Assembly: GCA_036390995.1 (NCBI GenBank)
Contig: DASWAT010000193.1
Coordinates: 314 to 64,313, forward strand
Origin: Actinomycetota bacterium
Lineage (GTDB): Bacteria > Actinomycetota > UBA4738 > HRBIN12
Length of the DNA: 64,000 nt
Direction: 5' to 3'
The notes beneath the pieces are model-generated. The model saw only the letters and a program-made list of their open reading frames with translations, did no database searches and was not told the DNA's origin. The translations under genes were made by a program, and so were the position numbers. Shown here one piece after another: positions 46,601 to 55,026 of the stretch (positions are counted from its first letter, which is position 1; each line of letters opens with the position of its first letter).

Positions 46601-47063
46601 TGGTCATGAACAGCGCCGCCGTGGCGAGCATCACCGACAGGTACAGGAGCGGGTCGCGGTGGTAGCGGTACCCGAACGCACCGAGCGCGAGGCCGGTGAG
46701 GATGGGGATCCCGATCATCATGAAGGCGCTGAACGTGTACAGGTCGATGCCCGCCACGCGCTGGAGGATCGATCCGTACAGGGGCACCGAGACCCTGTAC
46801 CCGCCGCCGAACATGTGGAACGGGCCCCAGTCGCCGGCGATGAGACCCGGGTCGTCGTGCATCATGAGGTTCGAGCGCCACGTGTACCAGGCAGGATCCC
46901 GCGTAGGTGCGCTGATGGAGGGGTCGCGGAGGAACGTCCAGCCGAACGCGAGGAGCAGAACGAGGATCGCGAAGACCAGGACGACCGCGCGGCCCGGGGC
47001 TCGGCTCTCTTCCTCCGGCACGCGGACGAGATCCTCGGCCGGGACCGACCTGGTGACCGCCAT
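43659..47063 (-). CDS. 1134-aa polytopic membrane protein: GT-C-like glycosyltransferase region fused to an MFS transporter
   Basis: N-terminal TM, then RDPAWY loop, AYTHP, YYRF and a soluble extracytoplasmic segment. The C-terminal ~440 aa are a 12-TM MFS (QFIAQAADG, FIDRYDRRELL, FRGRGFSLFD). The MFS call is firmer than the GT-C call. Confidence 0.7.
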   Translation of the reverse strand: MAVTRSVPAEDLVRVPEEESRAPGRAVVLVFAILVLLLAFGWTFLRDPSISAPTRDPAWYTWRSNLMMHDDPGLIAGDWGPFHMFGGGYRVSVPLYGSILQRVAGIDLYTFSAFMMIGIPILTGLALGAFGYRYHRDPLLYLSVMLATAALFMTTPYVGYLDNIAVLYILSLTLAFYRPGRTSWGARTALFMLGIVAAYTHPTTCVIFGASLMAVFALHFVTSRLSLGETLRRDGPSLLSIGFGMILGLASWLVGPWGVKGSLADAALPPPYTQAVFEKRLGQWVLSLQPAITFPLILLGIGWVVYRARRDRRPASGFGTISALWLLPLLGVFGFLLGKAYPYYRFMNATAAVMPLVGLGVWVAARWLLGREGGRRVLGALGVAVLVGALAFVWVRGRDASQWADPNNQWIDQPTRTALAAASAVVESAPGHPIVFILNFGDTYQSYGWSKTFTNVSRTGLPGDAVERSMSYFGSVEDFLANRPTQLADPTYNKMSRGFFRELQTLEKEYPEPPIAFLVRQFNGNTDNTALLDQQPAPDYLIKISDDMAVVTGPNLATPSPAVVDAARAAERQTAELYANHPGVFGNFGHTLRVLIALALLLVVPGLISARFFDLEDVWTKVALVPGISIALTIIAGIVVVAAHRAPFGAADGWATIGLAVAIAVMLRLAKPRLDRLFAAFSRFFDEMFAVFSNRSFSALMTTQFIAQAADGIVQASLAKSIAFGGQKGFDVTSAPSARYLLGVVLALYVPYTLVSPFVGAFIDRYDRRELLSRSNLFRAAVVALTAVALLVGGDALPDVVLIVAVLVTLACTRILLAIKSAGLPAVVHGKDLLQANGLSQAGGAIFQVLGGGVALVGTALAPAWIVAVLGAILYGSAGVMANRVERLEYERHVTRFVDEAKRVLGDIVRGVREVFGRPAAALGLSGFQALRMEFFGFVTLAFALEARHLLSGADSDKTVVAIAGAFGAIGAAIGMVLAQKLKDRVPPYQLLVTSMAAVGIGVILFGGVTTIVGYSAIVFIGALGFFIGKIAADTIMQQALPDDFRGRGFSLFDIAYNLGWIVPALVLTLVWSGDRARIILVGSGVVFLLVTAAIYIWARSIKEQLAVQDDMVDAASPNAGAAELGSTDGEVAE

Positions 47064-47086
47064 CTTCCTCTTCGGATCCTTCCCGG

Positions 47087-48781
47087 TTACGACGAGCCCG
47101 CGCGAGCCTCGGGCAGGCACGGGAGTCTGGACAGCATAGACGACGGGAAAGCGGCCGCGAACACGGTGTCGCTCTCGTGGCCGGCGGCCGGGACGTTCCG
47201 GTTCTTGTACGTCTGCTCCTGCGTGAGGCCGGCGATGAACTGTGAGATCTGCGCGAGCGTCACGCCGTTCGCCTTCAGCTCGGCGGGGTCGAGCCAGATC
47301 TCGGTCGCGCGCACCTTCTCGATGAGCGGCACGCGATCGCCGTCGCGATCGAACGCCTGCTCGATGAGCGACGTGAGCTTGTCGATGTCGATCATGAACG
47401 CGCCCGACACCGCCGGATCGCGCTGCGTGCCGTGGTCGGCGGTCAGGATCATGGCCCAGTTGCCCTGCCCGACCGTGCGGTTCAGGAAGTCGACGAACTG
47501 GCGCAGCGCGGCGTCCTGGTACTGCACGGCGTCGGACATCTCGAGACCGTCGGCGCTGAACAGGTGCCCGATCGTGTCGATGGCCTTGTAGTTCAGGTCG
47601 AGCAGGTCGGGGACGTCGTCCAGGCCGAAGCCCTCGCGCTGGAGGACGGTCTCGATCAGCTTCTCCTGGTAGGGCGTCCGAGCCGGCGTGTCGAAGCCGT
47701 TGTGGAGCTGGCTGAACGGGTGCCCTCGCCAGGCGTCGTCGAGCTTGCCGTCCGCCTGGTCGAGGGGGCGCGTGTACGCGGTGACCGGCGGCAGCGAGTT
47801 CACGTAGCTGGGGAACGTGTAGAAGGGAGCCATCGCGTCGGTGAGGTTCCAGACGCTCGACTCCGCGCCCCCGGTCGGTCCGAACTGGGCTTCGCGCGTG
47901 ACCGCGATGTCCTTGTCGCCCCCGCCCCACTCAGAGCCGTGGCTCATCATCATGATGTGGGCCGACAGGCTCGCGATACCGCCCACGATCGGGCGGTTGC
48001 CCATCGCCCGGTCGTAGAGGTCGGCCAGGGTCGGCTCCAACAGGAACGCGGGACCCTCGGCGTTCGGCTTCTGGATCCGGCCGTTCACCCGCATGTACTC
48101 GTCCACGAAGCCCGAATGCATCGGGAAAGCCCCCGTGCCGATGATCGAGTGGCCGGTCGGGGTGTTCGACGGGGAGGACCCCACGGTGGCGTTCGTGAAG
48201 AGCGCCCCGTGCGGCAGGAGGGAGCGCAGGTAGGGCCAGTCGTCCTTCCACCGGTTCAGGACGTCCCACCCGGCAGAGTCCCAGATCATCGTCACGAGGA
48301 GCTTCGGCAACGGCCGCTGATCGGCCGGAAGCAGGGCCTGCGTCTGGGCGCTTCCGTCGGGCGCGTCGAAGGGGAACTTCAGCAACGCTCCGGCCGTTGG
48401 GGCGACGTCTGCGAGCGTCACCGCGCGTGGGTACACGCCCGCGCGCACGTAGCCGGGGCCGTACAGGAAGACCGGGACGTCCTGCGTGTACGGATACGGG
48501 GTCGCGTGGGTGAGTCCTCCGTTCACGAAGTTCGGGTACTTCGGGATGATCTGGATGTCACCGCCTCGGCCGGGGAAGTATCCACGCCACGTCCGCAGCA
48601 GCACGTCGTGGGAGACGTGGGTGCACACCCGCTCGGCCAGCGCGCGGTTCGTGACGGGCGGTGGCGGCGACGGGGCTCCGGCCCCGCTCCCAGGCCCCGT
48701 GGGTGACGGCTCCGAGCCCGACGACGCGGTGCATGCCGCGAGGAGGAGGGCGAGAGCGCTCGCGGCCATCCGTCGTCTCAC
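47087..48781 (-). CDS. Alkaline-phosphatase-superfamily (PafA/NPP-like) lipoprotein, circularly permuted
   Basis: Lipobox LAAC; LTHA..VPVFLYGPG..DVAPT precedes the core KLLVTMIWD, NTPTGH, IDTIGH and ADHG. Confidence 0.88.
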   Translation of the reverse strand: MRRRMAASALALLLAACTASSGSEPSPTGPGSGAGAPSPPPPVTNRALAERVCTHVSHDVLLRTWRGYFPGRGGDIQIIPKYPNFVNGGLTHATPYPYTQDVPVFLYGPGYVRAGVYPRAVTLADVAPTAGALLKFPFDAPDGSAQTQALLPADQRPLPKLLVTMIWDSAGWDVLNRWKDDWPYLRSLLPHGALFTNATVGSSPSNTPTGHSIIGTGAFPMHSGFVDEYMRVNGRIQKPNAEGPAFLLEPTLADLYDRAMGNRPIVGGIASLSAHIMMMSHGSEWGGGDKDIAVTREAQFGPTGGAESSVWNLTDAMAPFYTFPSYVNSLPPVTAYTRPLDQADGKLDDAWRGHPFSQLHNGFDTPARTPYQEKLIETVLQREGFGLDDVPDLLDLNYKAIDTIGHLFSADGLEMSDAVQYQDAALRQFVDFLNRTVGQGNWAMILTADHGTQRDPAVSGAFMIDIDKLTSLIEQAFDRDGDRVPLIEKVRATEIWLDPAELKANGVTLAQISQFIAGLTQEQTYKNRNVPAAGHESDTVFAAAFPSSMLSRLPCLPEARAGSS

Positions 48782-48797
48782 GCCGGAAGCTCCGAGC

Positions 48798-50543
48798 TCA
48801 GCCGCCGCGGGCCTCCGGCAGACACGGCAGGTCCTTCATGATCGACGAGGGGAACGCGGCCTGGAAGACTCGATCGTTGGCCGTCGCCGGATCAACGGCG
48901 ACACCCGCCCCGGCCGTCTGTGCCTGCGTGAGCGTCATGAGGTACTGGGATACGTCGTCCAGCGTGTAGCCGTTCTGGTGCAGCTCCCTCGTGTCGATGA
49001 AGATCTGGGTGGGCTGGATCAGCTGGACGATGTGCGTCGTGTCGCCGTCGTGGTCGAACTTGGCATTGATGCCCGCCGCGATCGGCGTGGACGAGATCTG
49101 GAAGCCGCCCGAGACCCGCGGCGGGATCATGGACCCGTGGTCGGCGGTGAGCGCCAGGACCCAGTTGCCCTCGCCGACCTGCCGGTTCAGGAATCCGATG
49201 AATCCCTTCAGCGCGACGTCCTGGGCAACCACGGCGTCGCGCATCTCCAGCGAATCCACGCTCCACACGTGGCTGATGTAGTCGATCTCCTTGTAGTTCA
49301 CGTAGAGGAGGTCCGGGACGTCGTCGGCGCCGAACCTCTCGCGCCGGACCATCTCCTCCAGCACGCGTGTCTGGTAGGGCGTGCGTGCCGGCGTGTCGAA
49401 GCCGTTCAGGAGCTGCGCGATGTCGTTGTTCCGCCACTTGCCGTCGATCTGCCCATCGGCCGCGTCCACCGCGCGGACGTCGTCCTGGAACCCCGGCACG
49501 TCGTTCACGTAGCCCGGGAAGCGGTAGAACTGCTGCAGCAGCGGGCTGAGGTTCCACCTGAACGTCTCGGCGCCGAGCGTGTCGGCGCCCACGGCCTCCC
49601 GGGTCACCGCGATGTCCTTGTCGCCGCCGCCCCACATCGAGCCGTGCCCGAGCATGCCCAGGTGGATCGAGACCGTGCCGAGCTCACCGACCACGGGCTT
49701 GTTCGCCATGGCCCGGTCGTACAGGTCGGCCAGCGTCGGATCCATGAGGTACGCGGGTCCTTGCGCCCACGGTGTGGTGATCCTGTCGCCGATCCGGAAC
49801 CGATGACCGATCAGCTCGTGGTGGTCGGGGAACGCGCCGGTGCCGATCGTGGCGTGGATCTGCGCCGTGCTGGTGGGCGAGGAACCGACCGACGTGTTCG
49901 CGTACCACGTGCCCTTCGGGATGAGGGAACGAAGGTACGGCCACGCGTCCTTCCATCGGTCGAGGACGTCGGTGCCGCCCGCATCCCACACCATCGTGAC
50001 GATCAGCTTCGGCGGTTGTTGACCGGGAACGATCGCCTCGTCCATGGGGATGCCGTCGGGGGCGTGGTACTGGTCGAACTGCAGCAGCTTCGCTGCGGTC
50101 GGCGCGATCCCCGCGACGGTCACAGGGCGATCCACCGGGCCGCGGGCCTGGATGTGACCCGGCCCGTACCAGAACATCGGCACGTCGTTCACGTAGTCCC
50201 AAGGGCCGACGTGCGGCAGACCAGAGCCGATGAAGTCGTATTCCTTCGGAAGGAGCTGGATCTCGGGTCCTCGGTCCGCCTCGTAGCCGCGCCAGGTCCG
50301 GAGCAGCCACTCGTGGGGGATCGAGCAGGCGATCTCCTGCACACTGCCCGGCGCAACGATGGCGGACGATGACGCCGGCGTGACGGTCGCGATGGCCACC
50401 GGAGAAGCCGCGGGAGCGGACGGCGACGCCCTCGTGGGGGAAGGAGCGGCGACCTCCTGCGCGCCCGAACCGGTGCAGGCCCCGGCCGCCAGCGACGTGG
50501 CGAAGGCGAGCGCCAAGAGGCGTCTGGAGGTCACGAAGCGCAT
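48798..50543 (-). CDS. Second PafA/NPP-like lipoprotein paralog, same permuted order
   Basis: Lipobox AGAC; LPHV..VPMFWYGPG..GIAPT, then KLIVTMVWD, STAQIH, IDYISH and ADHG. Confidence 0.88.
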   Translation of the reverse strand: MRFVTSRRLLALAFATSLAAGACTGSGAQEVAAPSPTRASPSAPAASPVAIATVTPASSSAIVAPGSVQEIACSIPHEWLLRTWRGYEADRGPEIQLLPKEYDFIGSGLPHVGPWDYVNDVPMFWYGPGHIQARGPVDRPVTVAGIAPTAAKLLQFDQYHAPDGIPMDEAIVPGQQPPKLIVTMVWDAGGTDVLDRWKDAWPYLRSLIPKGTWYANTSVGSSPTSTAQIHATIGTGAFPDHHELIGHRFRIGDRITTPWAQGPAYLMDPTLADLYDRAMANKPVVGELGTVSIHLGMLGHGSMWGGGDKDIAVTREAVGADTLGAETFRWNLSPLLQQFYRFPGYVNDVPGFQDDVRAVDAADGQIDGKWRNNDIAQLLNGFDTPARTPYQTRVLEEMVRRERFGADDVPDLLYVNYKEIDYISHVWSVDSLEMRDAVVAQDVALKGFIGFLNRQVGEGNWVLALTADHGSMIPPRVSGGFQISSTPIAAGINAKFDHDGDTTHIVQLIQPTQIFIDTRELHQNGYTLDDVSQYLMTLTQAQTAGAGVAVDPATANDRVFQAAFPSSIMKDLPCLPEARGG

Positions 50544-50630
50544 ACGAAACAACACCACGGGCGAGTGTGCAACCTAACAGACCTGCGGAGCGACGGACCC
50601 TCGGCCCGATCCCGCGGTACCGTGGAGTGC

Positions 50631-51959
50631 GTGTTCGGGCGAAGGCTTCTGATCCTCCTCGTGCTCCTGGGTCTGCTGGCGATCCCCGCAGGGGCACTGC
50701 GGGCCGCATGCGTGGGGCGCTCGTGCGCGGTCGAAGTCGGATCGGTCCGGGTTCCCTTCTGCCCCCTCCCCGCAGCGCTGAGGGCCGATCTGGTGGCGGG
50801 GTTCCGGGAGGGACGCTCCCCGGACGTCCTGGCGGTCGCGCGCACCCCCACGGTGCGAGGCGCGACCCGCGACCCCGGAGTGGCCCCGCCGTGGCCGTTC
50901 CTGACCACGCGGCCGGACACCTCGGTTCCGATCGTGTTCGCCGGCACCGGCGTGGATCCCGCCGCCGTGGTCCCCGGCGGAACGGGTCTCGATCAGATCG
51001 CGCCCACGCTCGCCGACGTCATCGGGTTCCGGCGGCCGCATCCGGAGGTCCGCGCCGGCGTCGCCGTCCGGGGCGTGGCCGACGGCGCCCACCCCCGCCT
51101 GATCCTCGAGATCGCGTGGAAGGGGGTGGGCCGCGCCGACCTGCGCTCCGCCCCGGACGCGTGGCCGTTCCTTTCGTCACTGCTTCGGACCGGGGCGGGA
51201 ACGCTCGACGGCACGACCGGGTCCCTGCCTCTGGACCCCACGGCCACGCTCACGACGATCGGAACCGGCGGGCTCCCCTCGCAGCATGGGATCACGGGGA
51301 CACTCGTCCGCGACAAGCGTGGGAAGGTCGTCACCGCGTGGGGAAGGGGATCGCCGCTCTCGGTGATCGCGACGCTCCCAGACGACCTCGACCAGCGAGA
51401 GAACCAGGCCTCGAAGATCGGCCTGGTGGCCACCGACCCGTCCGATCGGGGGCTCACCGGCGGCAACTGGTACCTCGGACACGATCACGACGCCTTCGTC
51501 ACCGCATCGGGTCCCGGAGCCGTGACCGCGGCCTCGGGGCTCCTGGCGAGCGGATTCGGGCGGGACCGCGTTCCGGACGTCCTGGCCGTGGTTCTGGACG
51601 GCTCGATCCGGTCCATGGACCTTCGAACCCGGCAGATCGTCGTCGCCGCGCGCGAGGCGTCGGCGGGCTCCGTCGTGGTGGCCGTCGCCGGCTCGGGTTC
51701 GGCCGCGGCGCACCGGGGTGCCGATGTCCGCGTCGCCGACGTCGTGGCGAAGGTGGAGACCGCCGTCCCCGGCGACATCGATGTGGTGACGGGTGCCGTT
51801 CCCGGCGGACTGTTCCTGAACCAGGACGCGCTGACCTCGCTCGGGATCACCGGGCAGGCCGCCGTGCAGGCGCTCCTGGACGTCGAGGCCCCGGATGGGT
51901 CGAAGCTGTTCGACGACGCGTTCCAGGGGTTCGCGGTGTCCTTCGCGAGGTACTGCTGA
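50631..51959 (+). CDS. Third, degenerate permuted AP-superfamily protein (probable pseudoenzyme)
   Basis: VPIVFAGTG..DQIAPTLA, RLILEIAWK, WPFLSSLL and TTIGTGGLPSQHG. Metal-ligand D/H residues are missing. Confidence 0.72.
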   Translation: MFGRRLLILLVLLGLLAIPAGALRAACVGRSCAVEVGSVRVPFCPLPAALRADLVAGFREGRSPDVLAVARTPTVRGATRDPGVAPPWPFLTTRPDTSVPIVFAGTGVDPAAVVPGGTGLDQIAPTLADVIGFRRPHPEVRAGVAVRGVADGAHPRLILEIAWKGVGRADLRSAPDAWPFLSSLLRTGAGTLDGTTGSLPLDPTATLTTIGTGGLPSQHGITGTLVRDKRGKVVTAWGRGSPLSVIATLPDDLDQRENQASKIGLVATDPSDRGLTGGNWYLGHDHDAFVTASGPGAVTAASGLLASGFGRDRVPDVLAVVLDGSIRSMDLRTRQIVVAAREASAGSVVVAVAGSGSAAAHRGADVRVADVVAKVETAVPGDIDVVTGAVPGGLFLNQDALTSLGITGQAAVQALLDVEAPDGSKLFDDAFQGFAVSFARYC

Positions 51960-52972
51960 TGACCGACGTCGTCACCGCCCCACGCGCGCGCACCGCCTCG
52001 GGACGCACGTTCGCCGCGATCCTGGTGGCCCTCGTGCTGACCGCGCTCCTGCTCCGGCTCTCCGCACCGGAGCGGGTTGCGTGGATCCAGACCTTCTTCG
52101 TGATCTTCGGTTCGCTGCTGATCCAGGCGCTGCCGTTCGTCCTGATCGGCGCCCTGGCGGCCGCGATCATCGAGGTGTTCGTGCCGATCGGAACGCTCGA
52201 GAAGCTCGCGAGCCTCCCTCGGGCGCTGCAGCTGCCCGCCGCGGCACTCGCCGGACTGGCGTTCCCGATCTGCGAATGCGGCTCGGTGCCGGTGGCACGC
52301 CGCCTGGCCGCGAAGGGGTTGAAGCCCTCGGCGGCGGTGACGTTCATGCTGGCCGCGCCGGTCCTGAATCCGGTCGTGATCGCGTCGACCTTCGTCGCGT
52401 ACCGGGGGCGAACCGCCCTGTGGACCATGGTGATCGGGAGGTTCACCCTCGGGTTGCTGGTGGCGGTGGCGGTGGGCTGGGTCGTGGGCGACCGGTCGAA
52501 GGACGAGCTCCTGCGGCCCCGCCCCGACGAAGGGCACGCGCATCACGTCGTCGAGCTCGCCCCTCCCGAGGCGAGGTGGAGGCGCTTCTTCGTCCACATG
52601 GGCAACGACTTCCTGTACATGGGGCGGTTCCTGGTGCTCGGGGCGACCATCGCGGCGATGGTCCAGACGTTCCTGCCTGCGTCCGTGATCGGCGGCGTCG
52701 CGGGGATCCCGGTGGTCGACCTGCTCGTGATGATGGCGCTCGCGTTCGTCCTGTCGCTGTGCAGCGAATCGGACGCCTTCATCGCGGCCTCGTTCGTGCA
52801 GTTCGGCCCGGCGGCCCAGCTCGCCTTCCTCGTGTTCGGCCCGATGGTCGACTTCAAGCTGGGCGCGCTCTACATGGGGACGTTCCGGAAGGGGTTCTTC
52901 CGGATGCTGGTGATCGCGGTCGCGGCATCGACGCTCGTGGGCACGATGTGGGTCAAAGTGATCGCCGGATGA
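51959..52972 (+). CDS. DUF318 / YcgR-like permease
   Basis: QALPFVLIG, PICECGSVP, LAAPVLNP, CSESDAF and FGPMVD. Confidence 0.9.
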   Translation: MTDVVTAPRARTASGRTFAAILVALVLTALLLRLSAPERVAWIQTFFVIFGSLLIQALPFVLIGALAAAIIEVFVPIGTLEKLASLPRALQLPAAALAGLAFPICECGSVPVARRLAAKGLKPSAAVTFMLAAPVLNPVVIASTFVAYRGRTALWTMVIGRFTLGLLVAVAVGWVVGDRSKDELLRPRPDEGHAHHVVELAPPEARWRRFFVHMGNDFLYMGRFLVLGATIAAMVQTFLPASVIGGVAGIPVVDLLVMMALAFVLSLCSESDAFIAASFVQFGPAAQLAFLVFGPMVDFKLGALYMGTFRKGFFRMLVIAVAASTLVGTMWVKVIAG

Positions 52973-53739
52973 GCGACGTCGTCGTCCCCCGCCCAGCGGC
53001 ACCCGCGGCGACGCATGCCAGGATGCGCCCGGCGCCCACGGGGTGGAGCCCATCCCGGGTCGGCGGGGGTCTGGTCCTCGGCGCCTGGGCGACGCTGTTC
53101 TGGTTCCTCCTCCTGTCCGGACGGGACAACCTGTACCTGTCCACTCGCACCAGCTGGGTCGTCCCGGTCGGGGCGGCGCTGCTCTCCGCCGCCTCGCTCG
53201 GCCGGCTGGCCTCGGCCAGGGTGCGCGCCCCCGAGCCGCTCGGCCGGCGCGAGGCGTGGATCCTCGGGGCGATGGTGCTGCCGGTCGTGCTGGTGCTCGC
53301 GCTGCCGCCCGCGACCCTCGGGAGCTTCTCGGCCGGCAAGCGCGCAGGCTTCGCGGCCTCGGGAGTGGCCACGCCGCTCGGCGACATCGGGACCGGACAG
53401 CTGACGCTGATCGACGTCGCGGCGGCGCAGACGACGAAGCAGGGTGAGACCGCGCTGGCGAAGCGGGCGGGCGAGGCGGTGGGATTCGTCGGCTTCGTCA
53501 CGCGCTACGCCGATACGCCGGCCGACGAGTTCCTGCTGTCCCGTTACATCGTCACCTGCTGCGTCGCCGATGCCACGATCGCCCAGGTTCGCGTGGTGAA
53601 CGTCACGCCGGGCGCGTTCGCGGCGAACCAGTGGGTCGAGGTCAAGGGCACGATCTACCCGCTGGGACGCGAGGTCATCGTGAACGCATCATCGGTCGCC
53701 AGCGTGCCGCGGCCCTCACGGCCGTACCTCACGCCCTGA
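52969..53739 (+). CDS. TIGR03943 / YcgQ-like (DUF1980) membrane protein
   Basis: LYLSTR, GFVGFV, RYIVTCCVADA, QWVEVKG and PSRPYL. Confidence 0.88.
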   Translation: MSDVVVPRPAAPAATHARMRPAPTGWSPSRVGGGLVLGAWATLFWFLLLSGRDNLYLSTRTSWVVPVGAALLSAASLGRLASARVRAPEPLGRREAWILGAMVLPVVLVLALPPATLGSFSAGKRAGFAASGVATPLGDIGTGQLTLIDVAAAQTTKQGETALAKRAGEAVGFVGFVTRYADTPADEFLLSRYIVTCCVADATIAQVRVVNVTPGAFAANQWVEVKGTIYPLGREVIVNASSVASVPRPSRPYLTP

Positions 53740-54199
53740 CGGCGCGCCGCCCAGACCCGGCGTTCCGGACGGAACACGCGGTGCACAAGCCGAAGATGTC
53801 CGCCTGATGCGTGGACACGGTGAAGCCTCGCCGCCGGGCGGCCGCGTTCGCCCACCCCTCGATCTCACACGAAGGGATCTCGACCACCAACCCGCACCGC
53901 TCGCAGATCAGGTGATGGTGGTGGCCCGGATCGCAGAGCTTGTAGGAGAGCTCGCCCTCGCCGGCCGGGAAGGTTCGAGCGTACCCGGCTTCCTCGAGGG
54001 CCTGCAGCGTTCGGTACACGGTGGCCAGGCCCGGGCCCGTGCTGCGACGCGAGAGCGCAGCGTGGAGCGCCTGCGCGGTGATCGGCCGCCGCGACCGCTC
54101 CAGAGCCTCGACGATCGTTTCCCGCTGGCGGGTGACCCGGAGGCCGGCAGCGGACAGCATCGTCTGCGGATCGGCCACGAGGCCCCCCGGGCGCGTCAC
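53729..54199 (-). CDS. zur: Fur-family regulator, probably Zur (start 54199 or 54178)
   Basis: LRVTRQR, LATVYRTL, HHHHLICERC and FGLCTAC; last gene of the znu operon. Confidence 0.8.
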   Translation of the reverse strand: MTRPGGLVADPQTMLSAAGLRVTRQRETIVEALERSRRPITAQALHAALSRRSTGPGLATVYRTLQALEEAGYARTFPAGEGELSYKLCDPGHHHHLICERCGLVVEIPSCEIEGWANAAARRRGFTVSTHQADIFGLCTACSVRNAGSGRRAVRA

Positions 54200-55026
54200 G
54201 AGGCCACCGTTCGTGGATGCCGCCGCGCCGCCCGGCGTCCGAGGACCGCGGCGAGAACGAACACCACCGCCGAGGTGAGCACGATCGTGCCGCCCGGCGA
54301 CACCTCGCCCTGCACGAGCGCGATCACCAAGCCGACGATGGCCGAGAAGAGCCCGGCCGTCGCAGCCCAGAACATCGAGCCGCGGAACGAGTGCGCCAGC
54401 CGGGAGCCGGCGGCCACCGGAACGACGAGCAGGGACGCGATGAGGAGCAGCCCCACAACGCGCATGCCTGCCGCGACCAGCAGCGCAGTGAGGACCACGA
54501 GCAGCACATTCAGCCGGTCCACCGGCAGCCCCGACGCCCTGGCGGTCTCTTCGTCCAGAGCCACCGCGACGAGCTCCTTGTAGAAGACCGCGGTGAACGT
54601 CACCACCACAGCGCACAGCGCCGCGATGGCCGCGACATCGCCCCACGTGATGGTGAAGATCGAGCCGAACAGCACTCCCTGGACCGACGCCGTGAGGCCG
54701 CCGCGAGCCGAGATGATCACGAGCCCGAGCGCCAGACCCAGGTAGAAGACCAATGCGAGCGACAGGTCGCCGGCCAACCGGCCTCGCACCCGGAGCCACT
54801 CGAGGCCGATCGCGCCGATCACCGCGATGGCCAGCGCGCCCCACAGCGGGGCGACACCGATGGCCACGCCGAGCCCTACTCCCGCGAACGCAAGGTGACC
54901 CACGGCGTCCCCGATCAGCGAGAGACGTCGCTGCACGAGGAAGCAGCCGATCACCGGCGCCGCGATCCCCACCGCCGCTCCGGCCACGTACGCCTGCACC
55001 GCCCACACCAGGAACAGCCTGCTCAT
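54196..55026 (-). CDS. znuB: Zn/Mn ABC transporter permease
   Basis: LIGDAVGH, LFGSI, LDEETARASG, VGLLLIASLL and PGGTIV. Confidence 0.85.
   Translation of the reverse strand: MSRLFLVWAVQAYVAGAAVGIAAPVIGCFLVQRRLSLIGDAVGHLAFAGVGLGVAIGVAPLWGALAIAVIGAIGLEWLRVRGRLAGDLSLALVFYLGLALGLVIISARGGLTASVQGVLFGSIFTITWGDVAAIAALCAVVVTFTAVFYKELVAVALDEETARASGLPVDRLNVLLVVLTALLVAAGMRVVGLLLIASLLVVPVAAGSRLAHSFRGSMFWAATAGLFSAIVGLVIALVQGEVSPGGTIVLTSAVVFVLAAVLGRRAARRHPRTVAS

Noticed and set aside
47064-47930. Upstream extension making the fusion ORF 1423 aa
   Set aside because: Overlaps the phosphoesterase gene in another frame and is low-complexity; real start taken as ATG 47063.
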